Source: Candidatus Thorarchaeota archaeon
Lineage (GTDB): Archaea > Asgardarchaeota > Thorarchaeia > Thorarchaeales > Thorarchaeaceae
Assembly: GCA_019057475.1 (NCBI GenBank)
Contig: DXJO01000010.1
Span: 96,001-160,000 of the forward strand
DNA length: 64,000 nt
Direction: 5' to 3'
Shown here: in pieces, positions 19,098 through 29,639 of the stretch
Position numbering within the stretch: the stretch's first letter is position 1
Layout: each line of letters starts with the position of its first letter
The notes under the pieces: generated by a model
What the model was told of the DNA's origin: nothing
Databases searched by the model: none
What the model saw: the letters and a program-made list of their open reading frames with translations, nothing else
Position numbers and translations under genes: made by a program

Positions 19098-22000
19098 TCA
19101 GAGTACTTCATAGATGAACGTGCGTTGCCACCTATCATGATAGACACGTACTTCCTTTAGGATTCCTTTCTGAGCTAGATCCGAGTAGATGTAGTTCAGA
19201 TGATGTGCTAGCCACTCAATGACCACAACAACTCGCACTTCGTTCTGGTCAATATAATCCAAAACGGTTTCTGTTATGTTAGAGCTTCCCCTGATGCTTC
19301 CTGTGGGAATCTCAAGGAAAATGAAACGGTTTCGTGTATACCAACTGAGGTACTGTGACCCATCCATATTGGTCAAGACATTGATTCCAGGTTCGTATGT
19401 TTCCTTGAGAAAATCGCCTGCAGTTTTTATGCACTGGAAGGTATCCCGTGTTAAGTCTGTTTCGGCAATTCCGAATCCAATACCAGTTGTTATCATTAGC
19501 AGAAATGTGATGAAGAGGAGGGAAATTGGGATGTCTTTCCAGTGCTGCAACGTGAGATTAGCCTTCCGATGTGCTGCCTTCAACTTGTCATCTTGAGTTT
19601 CGATTACATGATTCGCAGTATCTTCTTGAGAGCCAATTACCGAAGCAATGCGAGCAAGAACCATGAAGGCAAGTGCTGATAAGTAGAAAAGACGAATTCC
19701 AATGAAAAATGCAAACCACGACTGCATATCTCCCATTGAAAAGATAGATGAATATGGCGGGTCTAACATAACATTGGGGGCAATTAGAAATACGCATCCA
19801 AACGCCATCGAAACTATTGCCAAGATGGCTAATGACAATGACTCCACTCGATTATGGAGCGTCACAACCAGTGCGATTACTAGACTAACGATGAGAATAA
19901 GGGCCATTCCCACCTGACTTGCACCTGAATGAATGTAACCCCCGCTATCAATCTGAGCAATAAGCATAAAGCGCATTTGATAAGGTAGCTCCAGCAGTTC
20001 TTGCTTGGTGACCACTGTGCAGTCATTTTCGCTCGAGCTGGATATTCTCACTTCTTCCAGAATGATGCTTGGATGGGTGCTGCTAGCCCAACCTACATAG
20101 AAGTCCAATCTTTGATGCCCTGTCCAGTTCACGCTCACCGCCAAATCTGCAATTGGATTCCCAGATGTATTCACAGAGCTTACGCCATTTCCCACGAGTT
20201 CGATGCGGTCATAGGCAGCATCATGGCATCTGACGGATGCGAAATATGAATCATTTTGACTAGGTATTTGAGGTCTAAGACTGAAGCGAATCCAAGTCGC
20301 TGAAACCTTGTGGGGGAGTCCAACCCTTTCGTTGCCGTAACTAATGGAATCTACCCTCTCATCCAAGACATCAATCTCAACAAAATGCGTATACGCTCCC
20401 ATAACCGGGAAGAAGTCGATGACAACGCCGCCACCATTACTGGATGCATCGATATTGACAGTTGCCTCTGAGAAGTAGCCATTTGTTATAGACCAGTTTG
20501 CACTTGACGGTTGGTTATAATCGGATATGCCATCAATACCATATCCTTTGAACCTGACCTTCAGCTTATACGAATACCCCGTTGCATTCCTGCAAACAAT
20601 GAATGCTTTTCTTGATTGAGATGAGTCGTCCAACCAAACGAATACTCCATCTGATAGTGTGAGATTATCCGGTTGCTGGACGTATGGGAACCCATAGGCC
20701 ACCATCCATGCTTCGAAATCGGCATCCGCATGGAACTCGCCAAATGCCATATTGTCTGGCACAGTCCATCTCTCCCAATCCTCAATGGAAACCTCTGCAA
20801 TCGAAATGCTGTAAAGCGAAGCAGGGATTAGAGTCGAAGCTGTGAGAATCGACAGAATGAGAAGAATTGGGAGCTGTCTTCCTTCTATTGCTCCGCATTT
20901 TCTTCTGGGCGTCACTAAAAGCAGAAGTGGCAGTGTGAAACACAGAATGAGTAGCGGCAAGCGTAGTAATATGACAAGTATTATGGTAGCGACAATAAGG
21001 ATCGCCCGATTCCTCTGAGCCCGTTTGTCAGGATTGCATCTGGCTATGGTCCATTGACTCAGCCATTCTTTTCCTCTCCTAATCATATCTTGCATATATG
21101 GAAGGGTGTCACTGAACATAATGGCAATTAGATAACAGGCAGGCAAGAAAGCAGGAAAAACATATCTCCAGAGATCGGGTTTGTAACGAAGTGGTGCCAG
21201 AGCATATGCACCAAGATACACTAGCAGCCAGATAATAATGGGCAAATCCTTCCTGTTTCGAATAAGCAGGACCCATCCTAGACTGATTGTAGCAAGAATG
21301 GTGAAGAAACTAAAGTATACGCCCATGTAAGTGTTGGATTCATTCAAAAACAGGACATTAGCTACCCATACTTCGAAAGCAGATCCAATATTCTCGAGAA
21401 TTCGGCCACTCTCAAGCATTGTGTCATATAGAGAACCACCATATATAATTTCGATAATTGTAGACGAGATGACGGTTGGAAACAGCATAAATGCAGCAAT
21501 GAAACTCAGACTTGCACCTAATGCTATCCATGCGAATGCATTATAGCTAATCAGCGGCTCCCTTTTTCTACGCTCGACAATGGCGACAATGAACACTGTA
21601 AGCGGGATCACAACAGCTGACACACGAACTGCAATGGCAACCATCATGAGAACTCCTGACAGCAGGCCCATTACTCTTGACTCCCTCCTAGTGCTTTCAA
21701 AAGCACTAACTAAAGCAATGGCGGCGATGACAGCAGCTGGTTGCTCAGTGAGGATTCTATTTGAATAGTGGATAAAAGCCCCGCTCGTTGCCACCAGTAA
21801 GGCTGACATAATCCCTGTATGATGTCCTCGAAGATGGAGTCCGAGTTTGTATACAGTGAGAATTGCCAGAATACCGAATAGCTGTGCAAGGAACCACCCT
21901 GCATATTCGGATGCCGTAACGAACATAGCAATTCGAATCAGGATGGGCAGGCCAGGTCTATAATGGACTCCATAGCGTGGCAGATTTGTGAAGAGTCCTA

Positions 22001-22136
22001 TTGCATTGGATAGGTACTGTGCTTCATCGGGTGAGAGATATGCCCATTGTTCAGTTCGAATCAATAAACGCAGAATTAAGCCTAGCAAGCAAATGAAAGC
22101 AAGCTGCCATGCTTCATCCAATCTCTTATCAGGCAT
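19098..22136 (-). CDS. 1012-aa GT-C (PMT/ArnT-like) membrane glycosyltransferase with a large extramembrane domain
   Basis: SPDEAQY loop, YRPGLP, RILTEQP and WRYVFP; TM clusters flank a soluble region of about 290 aa. Confidence 0.7.
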   Translation of the reverse strand: MPDKRLDEAWQLAFICLLGLILRLLIRTEQWAYLSPDEAQYLSNAIGLFTNLPRYGVHYRPGLPILIRIAMFVTASEYAGWFLAQLFGILAILTVYKLGLHLRGHHTGIMSALLVATSGAFIHYSNRILTEQPAAVIAAIALVSAFESTRRESRVMGLLSGVLMMVAIAVRVSAVVIPLTVFIVAIVERRKREPLISYNAFAWIALGASLSFIAAFMLFPTVISSTIIEIIYGGSLYDTMLESGRILENIGSAFEVWVANVLFLNESNTYMGVYFSFFTILATISLGWVLLIRNRKDLPIIIWLLVYLGAYALAPLRYKPDLWRYVFPAFLPACYLIAIMFSDTLPYMQDMIRRGKEWLSQWTIARCNPDKRAQRNRAILIVATIILVILLRLPLLILCFTLPLLLLVTPRRKCGAIEGRQLPILLILSILTASTLIPASLYSISIAEVSIEDWERWTVPDNMAFGEFHADADFEAWMVAYGFPYVQQPDNLTLSDGVFVWLDDSSQSRKAFIVCRNATGYSYKLKVRFKGYGIDGISDYNQPSSANWSITNGYFSEATVNIDASSNGGGVVIDFFPVMGAYTHFVEIDVLDERVDSISYGNERVGLPHKVSATWIRFSLRPQIPSQNDSYFASVRCHDAAYDRIELVGNGVSSVNTSGNPIADLAVSVNWTGHQRLDFYVGWASSTHPSIILEEVRISSSSENDCTVVTKQELLELPYQMRFMLIAQIDSGGYIHSGASQVGMALILIVSLVIALVVTLHNRVESLSLAILAIVSMAFGCVFLIAPNVMLDPPYSSIFSMGDMQSWFAFFIGIRLFYLSALAFMVLARIASVIGSQEDTANHVIETQDDKLKAAHRKANLTLQHWKDIPISLLFITFLLMITTGIGFGIAETDLTRDTFQCIKTAGDFLKETYEPGINVLTNMDGSQYLSWYTRNRFIFLEIPTGSIRGSSNITETVLDYIDQNEVRVVVVIEWLAHHLNYIYSDLAQKGILKEVRVYHDRWQRTFIYEVL

Positions 22137-22281
22137 AAAGGCACCCCTACTTCAATTCATCTGCTTAGGTACAATGCGAATCGTACACCTGCAATGTTGA
22201 ACCGAAATGAAAAAGCCTTCGGAAAATGGTTGACGTGATTTGTCCCGAGTCCAATCTCATATTCGCATGTTCCCAGAATTT

Positions 22282-22831
22282 GCAGAGCTTTGCTAGCATG
22301 TGAGCAATGTCTTCCTCAACCCTATGTTTCCTTTGCAAGCGAGATTGCGGATGTCATCGAGAAAAGCCTGAGAGCTGACATCGACGATATCAGAAAAGTT
22401 GTCGAATCAGACAGGAGAATCTCGTTGAGCTTCTTTGGGTCTGGCGCCGGACATGAAGACTCCCGCTTCCCAAAGGACGTTACAGGAATCAGGATGATCT
22501 TCCATTGCATGTGTCTTGGTGACTGAATGAAACGACTATCTGAAGCCGGGCTTGGACAACCTGACATGACTTATGAAGAATCTTGTTATCGACTGCTGAA
22601 GATCGTTCGTGAAAATCCATAATTCATCCGATGCTGTCTGCAGTGCCGTGGAGAAACCTCCTGATTCCTGAAATGACTTAGGAACCGCCCAGTTTTCATG
22701 AAGCGAGTATACTAAGCACCACAATACCCGTCGCGGGAAATGGAATGGGCTTTCGCCCTATTACCAAGCTGAAACCGAAGGGACTCGTTGAGGTTGCAGG
22801 CCAACCTGTTCTAGACCATCTCCTTTGGAAT
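22282..22831 (+). pseudogene. Eroded, internally deleted copy of the ugd 3' region, intergenic spacer and nucleotidyltransferase 5' end
   Basis: Reads AELC*HVSN..SFASEIA..SFFGSGAG..PKD. CATCCGATGCTGTCTGCAGTGCCGTGGAGAAACCTCCTGATTCCTGAAATGACTT aligns with 35368-35423, and KPKGLVEVAGQPVLDHLL matches KPKVLIEVAGRPVLDHIL. Confidence 0.88.
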
Positions 22832-22902
22832 GCTGTACAGAGAGATATACTTATTTCCAACGACTTGATGAGCGGCGTAGGATAGACGGAGTAGATTGAG
22901 CA

Positions 22903-24093
22903 TTGCGTGTTCTGGTGACAACTTCAACATTTCCGTTTGTAGGGCACGAGTATTGGGGCAATTTCGTAGAAGATCTAAATAAACGGATGGAGCAGCGGCA
23001 TGTAATCATCGGGACTGTAGTTCCGAAGTGTCGTTGCATAAAACGCTCGCAGAAGCACAGTCTTGGTACAATGGAGTTTGATTATTTCCTTCCTAGAAGC
23101 CTTCAGGTATTGGGTTGTCCTCCGGGACTAGAACACAACAGTAGGAGTATTCTTGGGAAGATACAGCTTCTATTCTATCTGTTATCCTTCACCCTGCATC
23201 TCTTTCTGGCCACGAAACGCCATAGACCTCATCTTATACATGCCAACTGGGCTATTCCCTCAGGACTAGTGTCTTGGATTGTGGGACGAATGACCCGAAC
23301 ACCTGTATTAGTCACTGTCCTTGGTGCTGACGTGTACCAGAAGGGATTTCGTAAACAGGTCATTAGGTTTGTTTTGGAACGTGTTGATCATGTCGTTGTG
23401 GTGAGCTCCCATGTCAAGCGATTACTTGTAGGATTCGCTAAACCGAAGAAACTGACAGTGATTCCAAATGCCATTGATGTACGTGCGATCATCTCTGCAA
23501 AGGAGAAGGCTAATCTACATGCAGTCAAGAAGCGGTTGGGCCTACGAGCCGATGATAGAACGGTTGTCACAGTTCGCCGCTTGGTGGTTGAGAAGCGGGT
23601 TCAGGACCTTGTTAAAGCAGCCGCACAAGTATTGCAGAGCATCAAAGGTGTTGTATTCCTGATTGGTGGATATGGACCTGAACTAGAGAGTCTTCGAGAA
23701 CTGACCAGGACATTGGATATAGAATCTAATGTTCGGTTCCTTGGTCCACTGTCTGAAGAAGAGAAGCTAGAGCTCCTTTCAATCGCTGACCTATGTGTAC
23801 AAACCTCTGTCCAAGAAGGGCTATCGCTCGCCCTCCTTGAATTCATGGCTTCAGGAGCTGTTGTGATTGCGTCTGCAGCGGCTGGTCAGAGCGATGTGAT
23901 TGAGGCTGGTGTAAATGGTCTGCTTTTTCCTGCAGCTGACACAGATGCTCTCGCAAATTGCATAGTGCAGGCTCTTCAGAACGATGAGTATCAAAATCTT
24001 GGTCCAGCTTCAAGGGAGTACGTGCTTGAGCATCATTCGTTTGAGGCTCAGGTTGAGAGATACATGAGTGTCTATCGGGAGTTTAGAACCTAG
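22903..24093 (+). CDS. GT4 glycosyltransferase
   Basis: HANWAIPSG, VIPNAID, VRRLVVEKR and EGLSLALLEFMASG. Confidence 0.9.
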   Translation: MRVLVTTSTFPFVGHEYWGNFVEDLNKRMEQRHVIIGTVVPKCRCIKRSQKHSLGTMEFDYFLPRSLQVLGCPPGLEHNSRSILGKIQLLFYLLSFTLHLFLATKRHRPHLIHANWAIPSGLVSWIVGRMTRTPVLVTVLGADVYQKGFRKQVIRFVLERVDHVVVVSSHVKRLLVGFAKPKKLTVIPNAIDVRAIISAKEKANLHAVKKRLGLRADDRTVVTVRRLVVEKRVQDLVKAAAQVLQSIKGVVFLIGGYGPELESLRELTRTLDIESNVRFLGPLSEEEKLELLSIADLCVQTSVQEGLSLALLEFMASGAVVIASAAAGQSDVIEAGVNGLLFPAADTDALANCIVQALQNDEYQNLGPASREYVLEHHSFEAQVERYMSVYREFRT

Positions 24094-24125
24094 TGTTCAT
24101 TGGGTTCAATATTGCAGCTTCCAAA

Positions 24126-24445
24126 CTACTTGGTTTTCGCTGCAACAATGTGAATTGAGTGGGGTGCCCACCTGAATCCAGACTGTGTGATTGTCACTGT
24201 CCCGAACATGCTAAGCTCCCTCCTTAAACTCTCGCATGTGAAACGCCAGTAGTCATCCGGCAGGTCGTGCAGCGGGTAGAAAAATGGGACACTCAACACT
24301 AAGTAGCCATTTGGTCGAAGTGCATCATGGATGTTCGCAATGGCATGTCGGTAGTCATACACATGTTCCAGTACATTGATTGCGATGATCACATCGCATT
24401 GGTTCTTGCAGTCCAGTTACATCTAGGACCTCACATCCTGGGTAT
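24126..24445 (-). pseudogene. 5'-truncated, frameshifted class I SAM methyltransferase
   Basis: DVIIAINVLEHV..LRPNGYLVLSVPFFYPLHDLPDDYWRFT; there is no SAM-binding N-terminus in frame. Confidence 0.75.
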
Positions 24446-24501
24446 GGTTTTATATCACGCTTTAAGTGATAGAATCTCAATGGAATTATTGGTGTTGAAG
24501 A

Positions 24502-25737
24502 GTGTTAGGAAAACAGCTGAGAATAGTAAACGTCATTCATCATCTCTCCCGTGGTGGGGGTGTCGCACTTCAGTCAGTGAACATGGCAGAGTCACTTAGA
24601 AATCTTGGTCACAAAGTTGCTTTTGTGACAACTAAAACAGGGGTGGCAGATCCCACAACTGATTTCCTACATGAAGAAATGCCTGTCACATATGTTTCCA
24701 AGATGGCCGGAGCCAATGTGCTAGTGCCCTTTCTTTTGAGCAGAGCATTATCCCGAAGAATCCACGAGCACGGCTGTGATGTAATTCAATCTTTTGACCC
24801 TCTAGTTGCGGCCTTGGCCGTGCTCCTGGAAAAAGATGCACAAAGAACAATTCCCTGTGTGATAAGACTTGGAACCAACTACCAAGCTCACTTCAAGTTC
24901 CAGTTTGCTCAGCCAACGACAGGGACTACACTGGATTTCATCAAGAACGCCACACGGCGCAGCGTCTATCTCTCTGCGCTAAGCATTGTGGAGAGAATGA
25001 CTCTTACAATGTCAGATGCAGTTGTTGCCAACTGTCAGTATCTTAGGGAGCTTTATGAGAGGCGTTTCCCAAAGCTAAAGAACATCACAGTTATCCCAAA
25101 CGGCGTTGATATACAGAAGTTTAATCCTACTGGGGTCAAACACCTCCTAATGTCTGACAGAATCTGGCTCCTCTACGTGGGACGCATCGAGAACCGCAAA
25201 GGCATTGACATACTCTTGCGAGCTATGCCGGCAATTCTGAAACGATATCCAAATGCAAGACTACTTCTTGTAGGGCGTGCTCCCCGGCCTTACTACCTTC
25301 AAAAGCTGAAATCGCTTGCACAGAATTTATCTTTGGAATCGAAAATACAATTCATAGGTGTCGTATCGAATGAAGATATCCCTCACTTGATGCGTGCAGT
25401 AGATGTTCTGGTGTTCCCTTCAACTACCAGGAGTGATGAGGTTGAGGGACTTCCCAATGTTATCCTTGAAGGAATGGCCTCTGGTCTTCCTGTCGTGGTC
25501 ACTAATGTGTGTGGAGTTCCCGAGGTTGTTGAGCATGGGAAGACCGGGATTCTAGTATCCCCTGGATCAACACAAGACTTGATTGATGGTGTAATTGCTC
25601 TTTTGGAATCCAAGCAGCTCAGATCAGAGCTTGGTGTACAAGGTAGGGATTTCATTATTCGTCATAATTCAACAGAGCGCACAGCTCGGGACTACATTGC
25701 TCTCTACGAAAAATTGATCGAGATTAAAGGCGAATAG
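24502..25737 (+). CDS. GT4 glycosyltransferase
   Basis: VIPNGVD, YVGRIENRKG and EGLPNVILEGMASGLPVV. Confidence 0.92.
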   Translation: MLGKQLRIVNVIHHLSRGGGVALQSVNMAESLRNLGHKVAFVTTKTGVADPTTDFLHEEMPVTYVSKMAGANVLVPFLLSRALSRRIHEHGCDVIQSFDPLVAALAVLLEKDAQRTIPCVIRLGTNYQAHFKFQFAQPTTGTTLDFIKNATRRSVYLSALSIVERMTLTMSDAVVANCQYLRELYERRFPKLKNITVIPNGVDIQKFNPTGVKHLLMSDRIWLLYVGRIENRKGIDILLRAMPAILKRYPNARLLLVGRAPRPYYLQKLKSLAQNLSLESKIQFIGVVSNEDIPHLMRAVDVLVFPSTTRSDEVEGLPNVILEGMASGLPVVVTNVCGVPEVVEHGKTGILVSPGSTQDLIDGVIALLESKQLRSELGVQGRDFIIRHNSTERTARDYIALYEKLIEIKGE

Positions 25738-25742
25738 ATCGG

Positions 25743-26891
25743 GTGTGTTTCTTGCAGAAGAAGAGAGTCTTGCATGTGTTTGGCCACCTTACTCAAGGAG
25801 GAATGGAAACATGGCTTCTTAGTGTGTACAACAGAATCAACCGGAGTGCTGTGGTATTCGACATAGTTGTATCAACTGATGAAGAGCACCCTCTCAACAA
25901 GCCATTCAGAGAGTTAGGAGCTCGCATCTTCCCAACTGCAAAGATCAGGTATCCCCTTCGATTCGTTCATAGGTTTCTTGGGGTCCTGAAAGAACATGGA
26001 CATTATGACTCGGTTCATAGCCATATAGGCGCATTGAGCGGCATTGTTGTCTTGCTCGCGGCCTTGATGGGCGTAAAACAAAGAATAGTGCATGCTCACT
26101 CTTCTTACGAAGAGAGATCCGTACCTTTGGTTTCGCGATTATATCCCGCAGTTTCACTGGTTTTAAAGCGGCTTATCAGGGCCTTTGCCACAAAGGGGCT
26201 TGCCGCATCCAGAGAGGCAGCGGAGTTCCTATACGGACCAGACTGGAATACCGATTCTCGATTTGCTGTGCTCTACTGTGGCATTGACCTAGACAGGTTT
26301 GAGCGAACCAGAAACGTAACTGAAACACGAAGAGCATTGGGAATACCATCTGGCGCCCGTGTTGTGGGTCATGTAGGAAGTTTCCGTACACCAAAGAATC
26401 ATGCCTTTCTTGTCAAGATTGCTCGCGAAGTAATACGTCGAGGGAATGACGTCTGGTTTCTGTTGGTAGGCGATGGAGAGCTGAGAACCGAGATTGAGCA
26501 TCTTGCGAAACGGCTTAAGGTGGATGATCGTCTGGTATTCACGGGAATGCGCCCAGACGTTCCTGATCTCCTTGCTGCGATGGATTGCTTTGTATTTCCA
26601 TCCCTCTATGAAGGTCTAGGTCTTGTCTTGCTTGAAGCTCAAGCCTCTGGACTGCCCTGTATTGTGAGCTTGAGAGTGCCCAACGAAGCTGATGTAGTTC
26701 ATAATCTTGTGACCCGCCTTGATCTTGAAGACGGCGTGGAAGTTTGGTCAAAGACGATAATTGATGCGCTAGAGAAACCAAGACTCTCCAGAGCGGATGC
26801 TCTTGTAATAATGCATGAAAGCGCAATGAACATAGAACACTCAGTACAAGCACTTGTAGACATCTACATTAATGAACCAGATGCAGGATAG
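25743..26891 (+). CDS. GT4 glycosyltransferase (EpsF/CapH-like)
   Basis: GGMETWLL, GHVGSFRTPKNH and FPSLYEGLGLVLLEAQASGLP. Confidence 0.92.
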   Translation: MCFLQKKRVLHVFGHLTQGGMETWLLSVYNRINRSAVVFDIVVSTDEEHPLNKPFRELGARIFPTAKIRYPLRFVHRFLGVLKEHGHYDSVHSHIGALSGIVVLLAALMGVKQRIVHAHSSYEERSVPLVSRLYPAVSLVLKRLIRAFATKGLAASREAAEFLYGPDWNTDSRFAVLYCGIDLDRFERTRNVTETRRALGIPSGARVVGHVGSFRTPKNHAFLVKIAREVIRRGNDVWFLLVGDGELRTEIEHLAKRLKVDDRLVFTGMRPDVPDLLAAMDCFVFPSLYEGLGLVLLEAQASGLPCIVSLRVPNEADVVHNLVTRLDLEDGVEVWSKTIIDALEKPRLSRADALVIMHESAMNIEHSVQALVDIYINEPDAG

Positions 26892-26969
26892 ACGGTTGCT
26901 ACCGCATGGTTTAATTTGCTAGCACGAATCGCTTGATATCTCTACTATACATATCACTCATTTCGCTGA

Positions 26970-27083
26970 ATGCGGCTTGTGGAACAACTCAAGTGCAAGG
27001 TCTTCATCGATGGCAGGCGTGTCTTTTCCAAGAAACCTATTACACAAGGGTTGACATATCGAACTGTTGGCACTTGCTACTAA
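26970..27083 (+). pseudogene. Orphan 3' tail of a UDP-glucose/GDP-mannose dehydrogenase
   Basis: KCKVFIDGRRVFSKKPITQGLTYRTVGTCY*, against KKKIFIDGRRAFVNDSMPSDVVYIAVG at the C-terminus of 34087-35415. Confidence 0.75.
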
Positions 27084-27169
27084 GAACACCAATAAAGAGG
27101 GGTTTCCTCGTAAACTACAAGAACACTGACCCTGTTTCGCTTCAGTAGCATATCCTTGGGTGATGAGTA

Positions 27170-27450
27170 ATGCAGAACGTCTTGGTTACCGGTGGAGAGG
27201 GAATGATTGGAAGTGCCATTAGAGCGCTTGGGGTCTACGAATCATGGGACATCGATAGCGAGCGTGATATTCGAAACATACCATTGCATGATGAAGTATA
27301 CGATGGCATAATTCACTTGGCGGCAAAGAGCAGAGTTGTTGATGGTTACTTCGAACCGTATGAAACATGGGACGTAAACACGCTAGGTACAATCAATGTA
27401 CTTGAGAAGGCTCGTATTGATGGGAGTTGGGTTATCAACGGCAGTTCATT
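27170..27450 (+). pseudogene. 5' fragment of an NAD-dependent epimerase
   Basis: VLVTGGEGMIG, IHLAA, VNTLGTINVLE and INGSS, after which homology stops before YxxxK. Confidence 0.8.
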
Positions 27451-27645
27451 AACAGCGGGTTACTGGTGCAGCCAGGTTCGAGTGACGAGATGGCATCATC
27501 GGTAGCAACATTAATCGACTCCTCCTCAATGCGAAGCGAACTTGGTGAGCGGGGACGTGAGTACGTTGTACAGAATAACTCCATGGAAGTCACAGCTAGG
27601 AAGTATCTGACACTGTATCAGATGCTTATTCGTGGTGATCGCTAA
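27451..27645 (+). pseudogene. 3' tail of a GT4, most similar to 24502-25737
   Basis: GLLVQPGS..RSELGERGR..NS.E.TAR.Y..LY..LI; 27/58 aa identical to the C-terminus of 24502-25737. Confidence 0.8.
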
Positions 27646-27736
27646 ATCATTTATTCTACGGCTCTTTCCGTCAGTATTTATGGGACTGTGATTGTACTCA
27701 GCTCAATACAATTGGAAATTAGCCGTTATTGTAGAG

Positions 27737-29473
27737 TCAATAGGCTATCACCATTAAATAATCCAGAATAATCTTGTCACCTACGTTACCAGTTATGCTA
27801 AACATGAAGTATCGTAGTAAGAACGGGTCATCTACTTCATATTCATAGATTAGAAACTCCTGCGATGTGTCTATACCTGATCGATTGAACCTTCTTACAT
27901 TCCATCCAGCTGAGAAGTCTCTCTTTACTGGATAGAGATTGATACCGAATTGTGCAAGGTTAGGTGAACATAATCTAATGCGTATGAATGCACCTCTACT
28001 CATATTGAGCCACATTACGAATCCGAAATTACAGAAATAGGACGGGTCATGATCGCTTGAGTTGTATGCCTCAGGGAGCGTGACAGCACTGAGGTATGAA
28101 TTATTCTGTATTGTTAGACTAACATATGGGGAGTCATATCCTCTGATTGAAAGAATGTCCTCCATATCATTGAAATATACATTTTGACTCACGAGAGGTC
28201 CAGTGCCAGTGAAGACACTTCTATTGACATATCTTTCGCCAATTGACCACGATAGTGGAAAGAGTATGAAGAACAGAATCGTTGCTGTCTTGATTGTCCT
28301 ATTATTTCCTGAATTCGATGTCAACCGAGCTATGTATGCAAGGGGTATCCAGCTTATTGGAAGCCAGTATCTCAGACCCGAGGCGGAGGAGGTGTTTGAA
28401 TATAAGAGCACATATATGGTAAAGAACAAGAGAAACCAGGCACTGACCTGTTTAATCTTGATTAGGTTTTGTTTTATGTTCTTAAGAGTTATTTGATTTC
28501 TTCGCAGATATAAGATAAGAATGAAAAAGCAAGCAGGCAGAATCCCAACCTTGATCATTCCCTTAATGACCTCTAGAATATATGCAACATTGGCCCATCT
28601 TATCTGAAGCTGAGCAAAGAGCTGGATAAAATCACCACTCTCGAATGCTGACATATATGATGCTGGAATCATATATTCAAAGGGGAGTAAACCACCGAAC
28701 ATCAGAACAGTAATCGCAGCAAGATAGATGACTGTTGTAGTGCAAAGAAACTTCTTGAATCTAGATCTAATAATGAAGAGGTATAGCAGTACTCCGAGAA
28801 TGTATGTTTCTCTACATAGAGCACTACATACAAGAGCGATAAAACTTGTGACTAAGTACCCCCTTTGATTATCTTTTAGATAGAGCTCAGTGTAACAAAG
28901 CGACAGTAAGAAGAAAAACAACCCTGTCATATCTGTTAATATATTGAACCAGTAATTCAGGAAATTATAGCTCATAACCACAAATAATGTGAAGAGATTT
29001 ATTTCGAATTCGTTATAATCATTGAATTTCAGGAGATCCCGCATAAGTATGACGCTTCCTAATGCAAACGTCAGATTGATCATACATGCCAGAATCGAGA
29101 TGTCAATGGGTACAACGTGATGTGTTAATGCAATTAGTAAAGGGTAGAATACGCGGATCCGTGCATAATACTCGCTGAGAAGATAGTCCTCTGTTCCAGT
29201 ACTCAGCCACTTCTCAAGCGATAGTGCGTAGAATTGATACGAGTCCACACTGTAACCATTAAGAAAGACTGTTCGTATTACGCCGAATGCAATCGATGTG
29301 AATATAGCCAATAATATGATTGGTTTTATGTTCTGCTGAATTAGATTAAAAGTCTTGACAGAGAATTCATCAATGCCTTTGTGCATTCTATGATACAATG
29401 TTCTTATTATTTTCAAGAAGCTTCTGAGAATTTCTTCCATTCTTTGAATCATGATCACCTGTCTGGAATGCAA
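27737..29473 (-). CDS. GT-C-like multi-pass membrane protein with an extracellular C-terminal domain
   Basis: SVDSYQF loop, RVFYPLL, NILTDM, CRETY and LRYWLP; the DNA is visibly AT-rich. Confidence 0.6.
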   Translation of the reverse strand: MHSRQVIMIQRMEEILRSFLKIIRTLYHRMHKGIDEFSVKTFNLIQQNIKPIILLAIFTSIAFGVIRTVFLNGYSVDSYQFYALSLEKWLSTGTEDYLLSEYYARIRVFYPLLIALTHHVVPIDISILACMINLTFALGSVILMRDLLKFNDYNEFEINLFTLFVVMSYNFLNYWFNILTDMTGLFFFLLSLCYTELYLKDNQRGYLVTSFIALVCSALCRETYILGVLLYLFIIRSRFKKFLCTTTVIYLAAITVLMFGGLLPFEYMIPASYMSAFESGDFIQLFAQLQIRWANVAYILEVIKGMIKVGILPACFFILILYLRRNQITLKNIKQNLIKIKQVSAWFLLFFTIYVLLYSNTSSASGLRYWLPISWIPLAYIARLTSNSGNNRTIKTATILFFILFPLSWSIGERYVNRSVFTGTGPLVSQNVYFNDMEDILSIRGYDSPYVSLTIQNNSYLSAVTLPEAYNSSDHDPSYFCNFGFVMWLNMSRGAFIRIRLCSPNLAQFGINLYPVKRDFSAGWNVRRFNRSGIDTSQEFLIYEYEVDDPFLLRYFMFSITGNVGDKIILDYLMVIAY

Positions 29474-29639
29474 ATACCAATCTTCTATGGTGAGGCTATT
29501 AGTAACATCACTCTAGGCTATTAGTCATATCAAAGTTCCTTCCATATATCTTAATGGGCAAATTGCTAATTCCTTGCACAATCTTGAATACCCACAATCG
29601 CCAATCGGATGACGAATCATCCAGAACAACATTTCTTGG

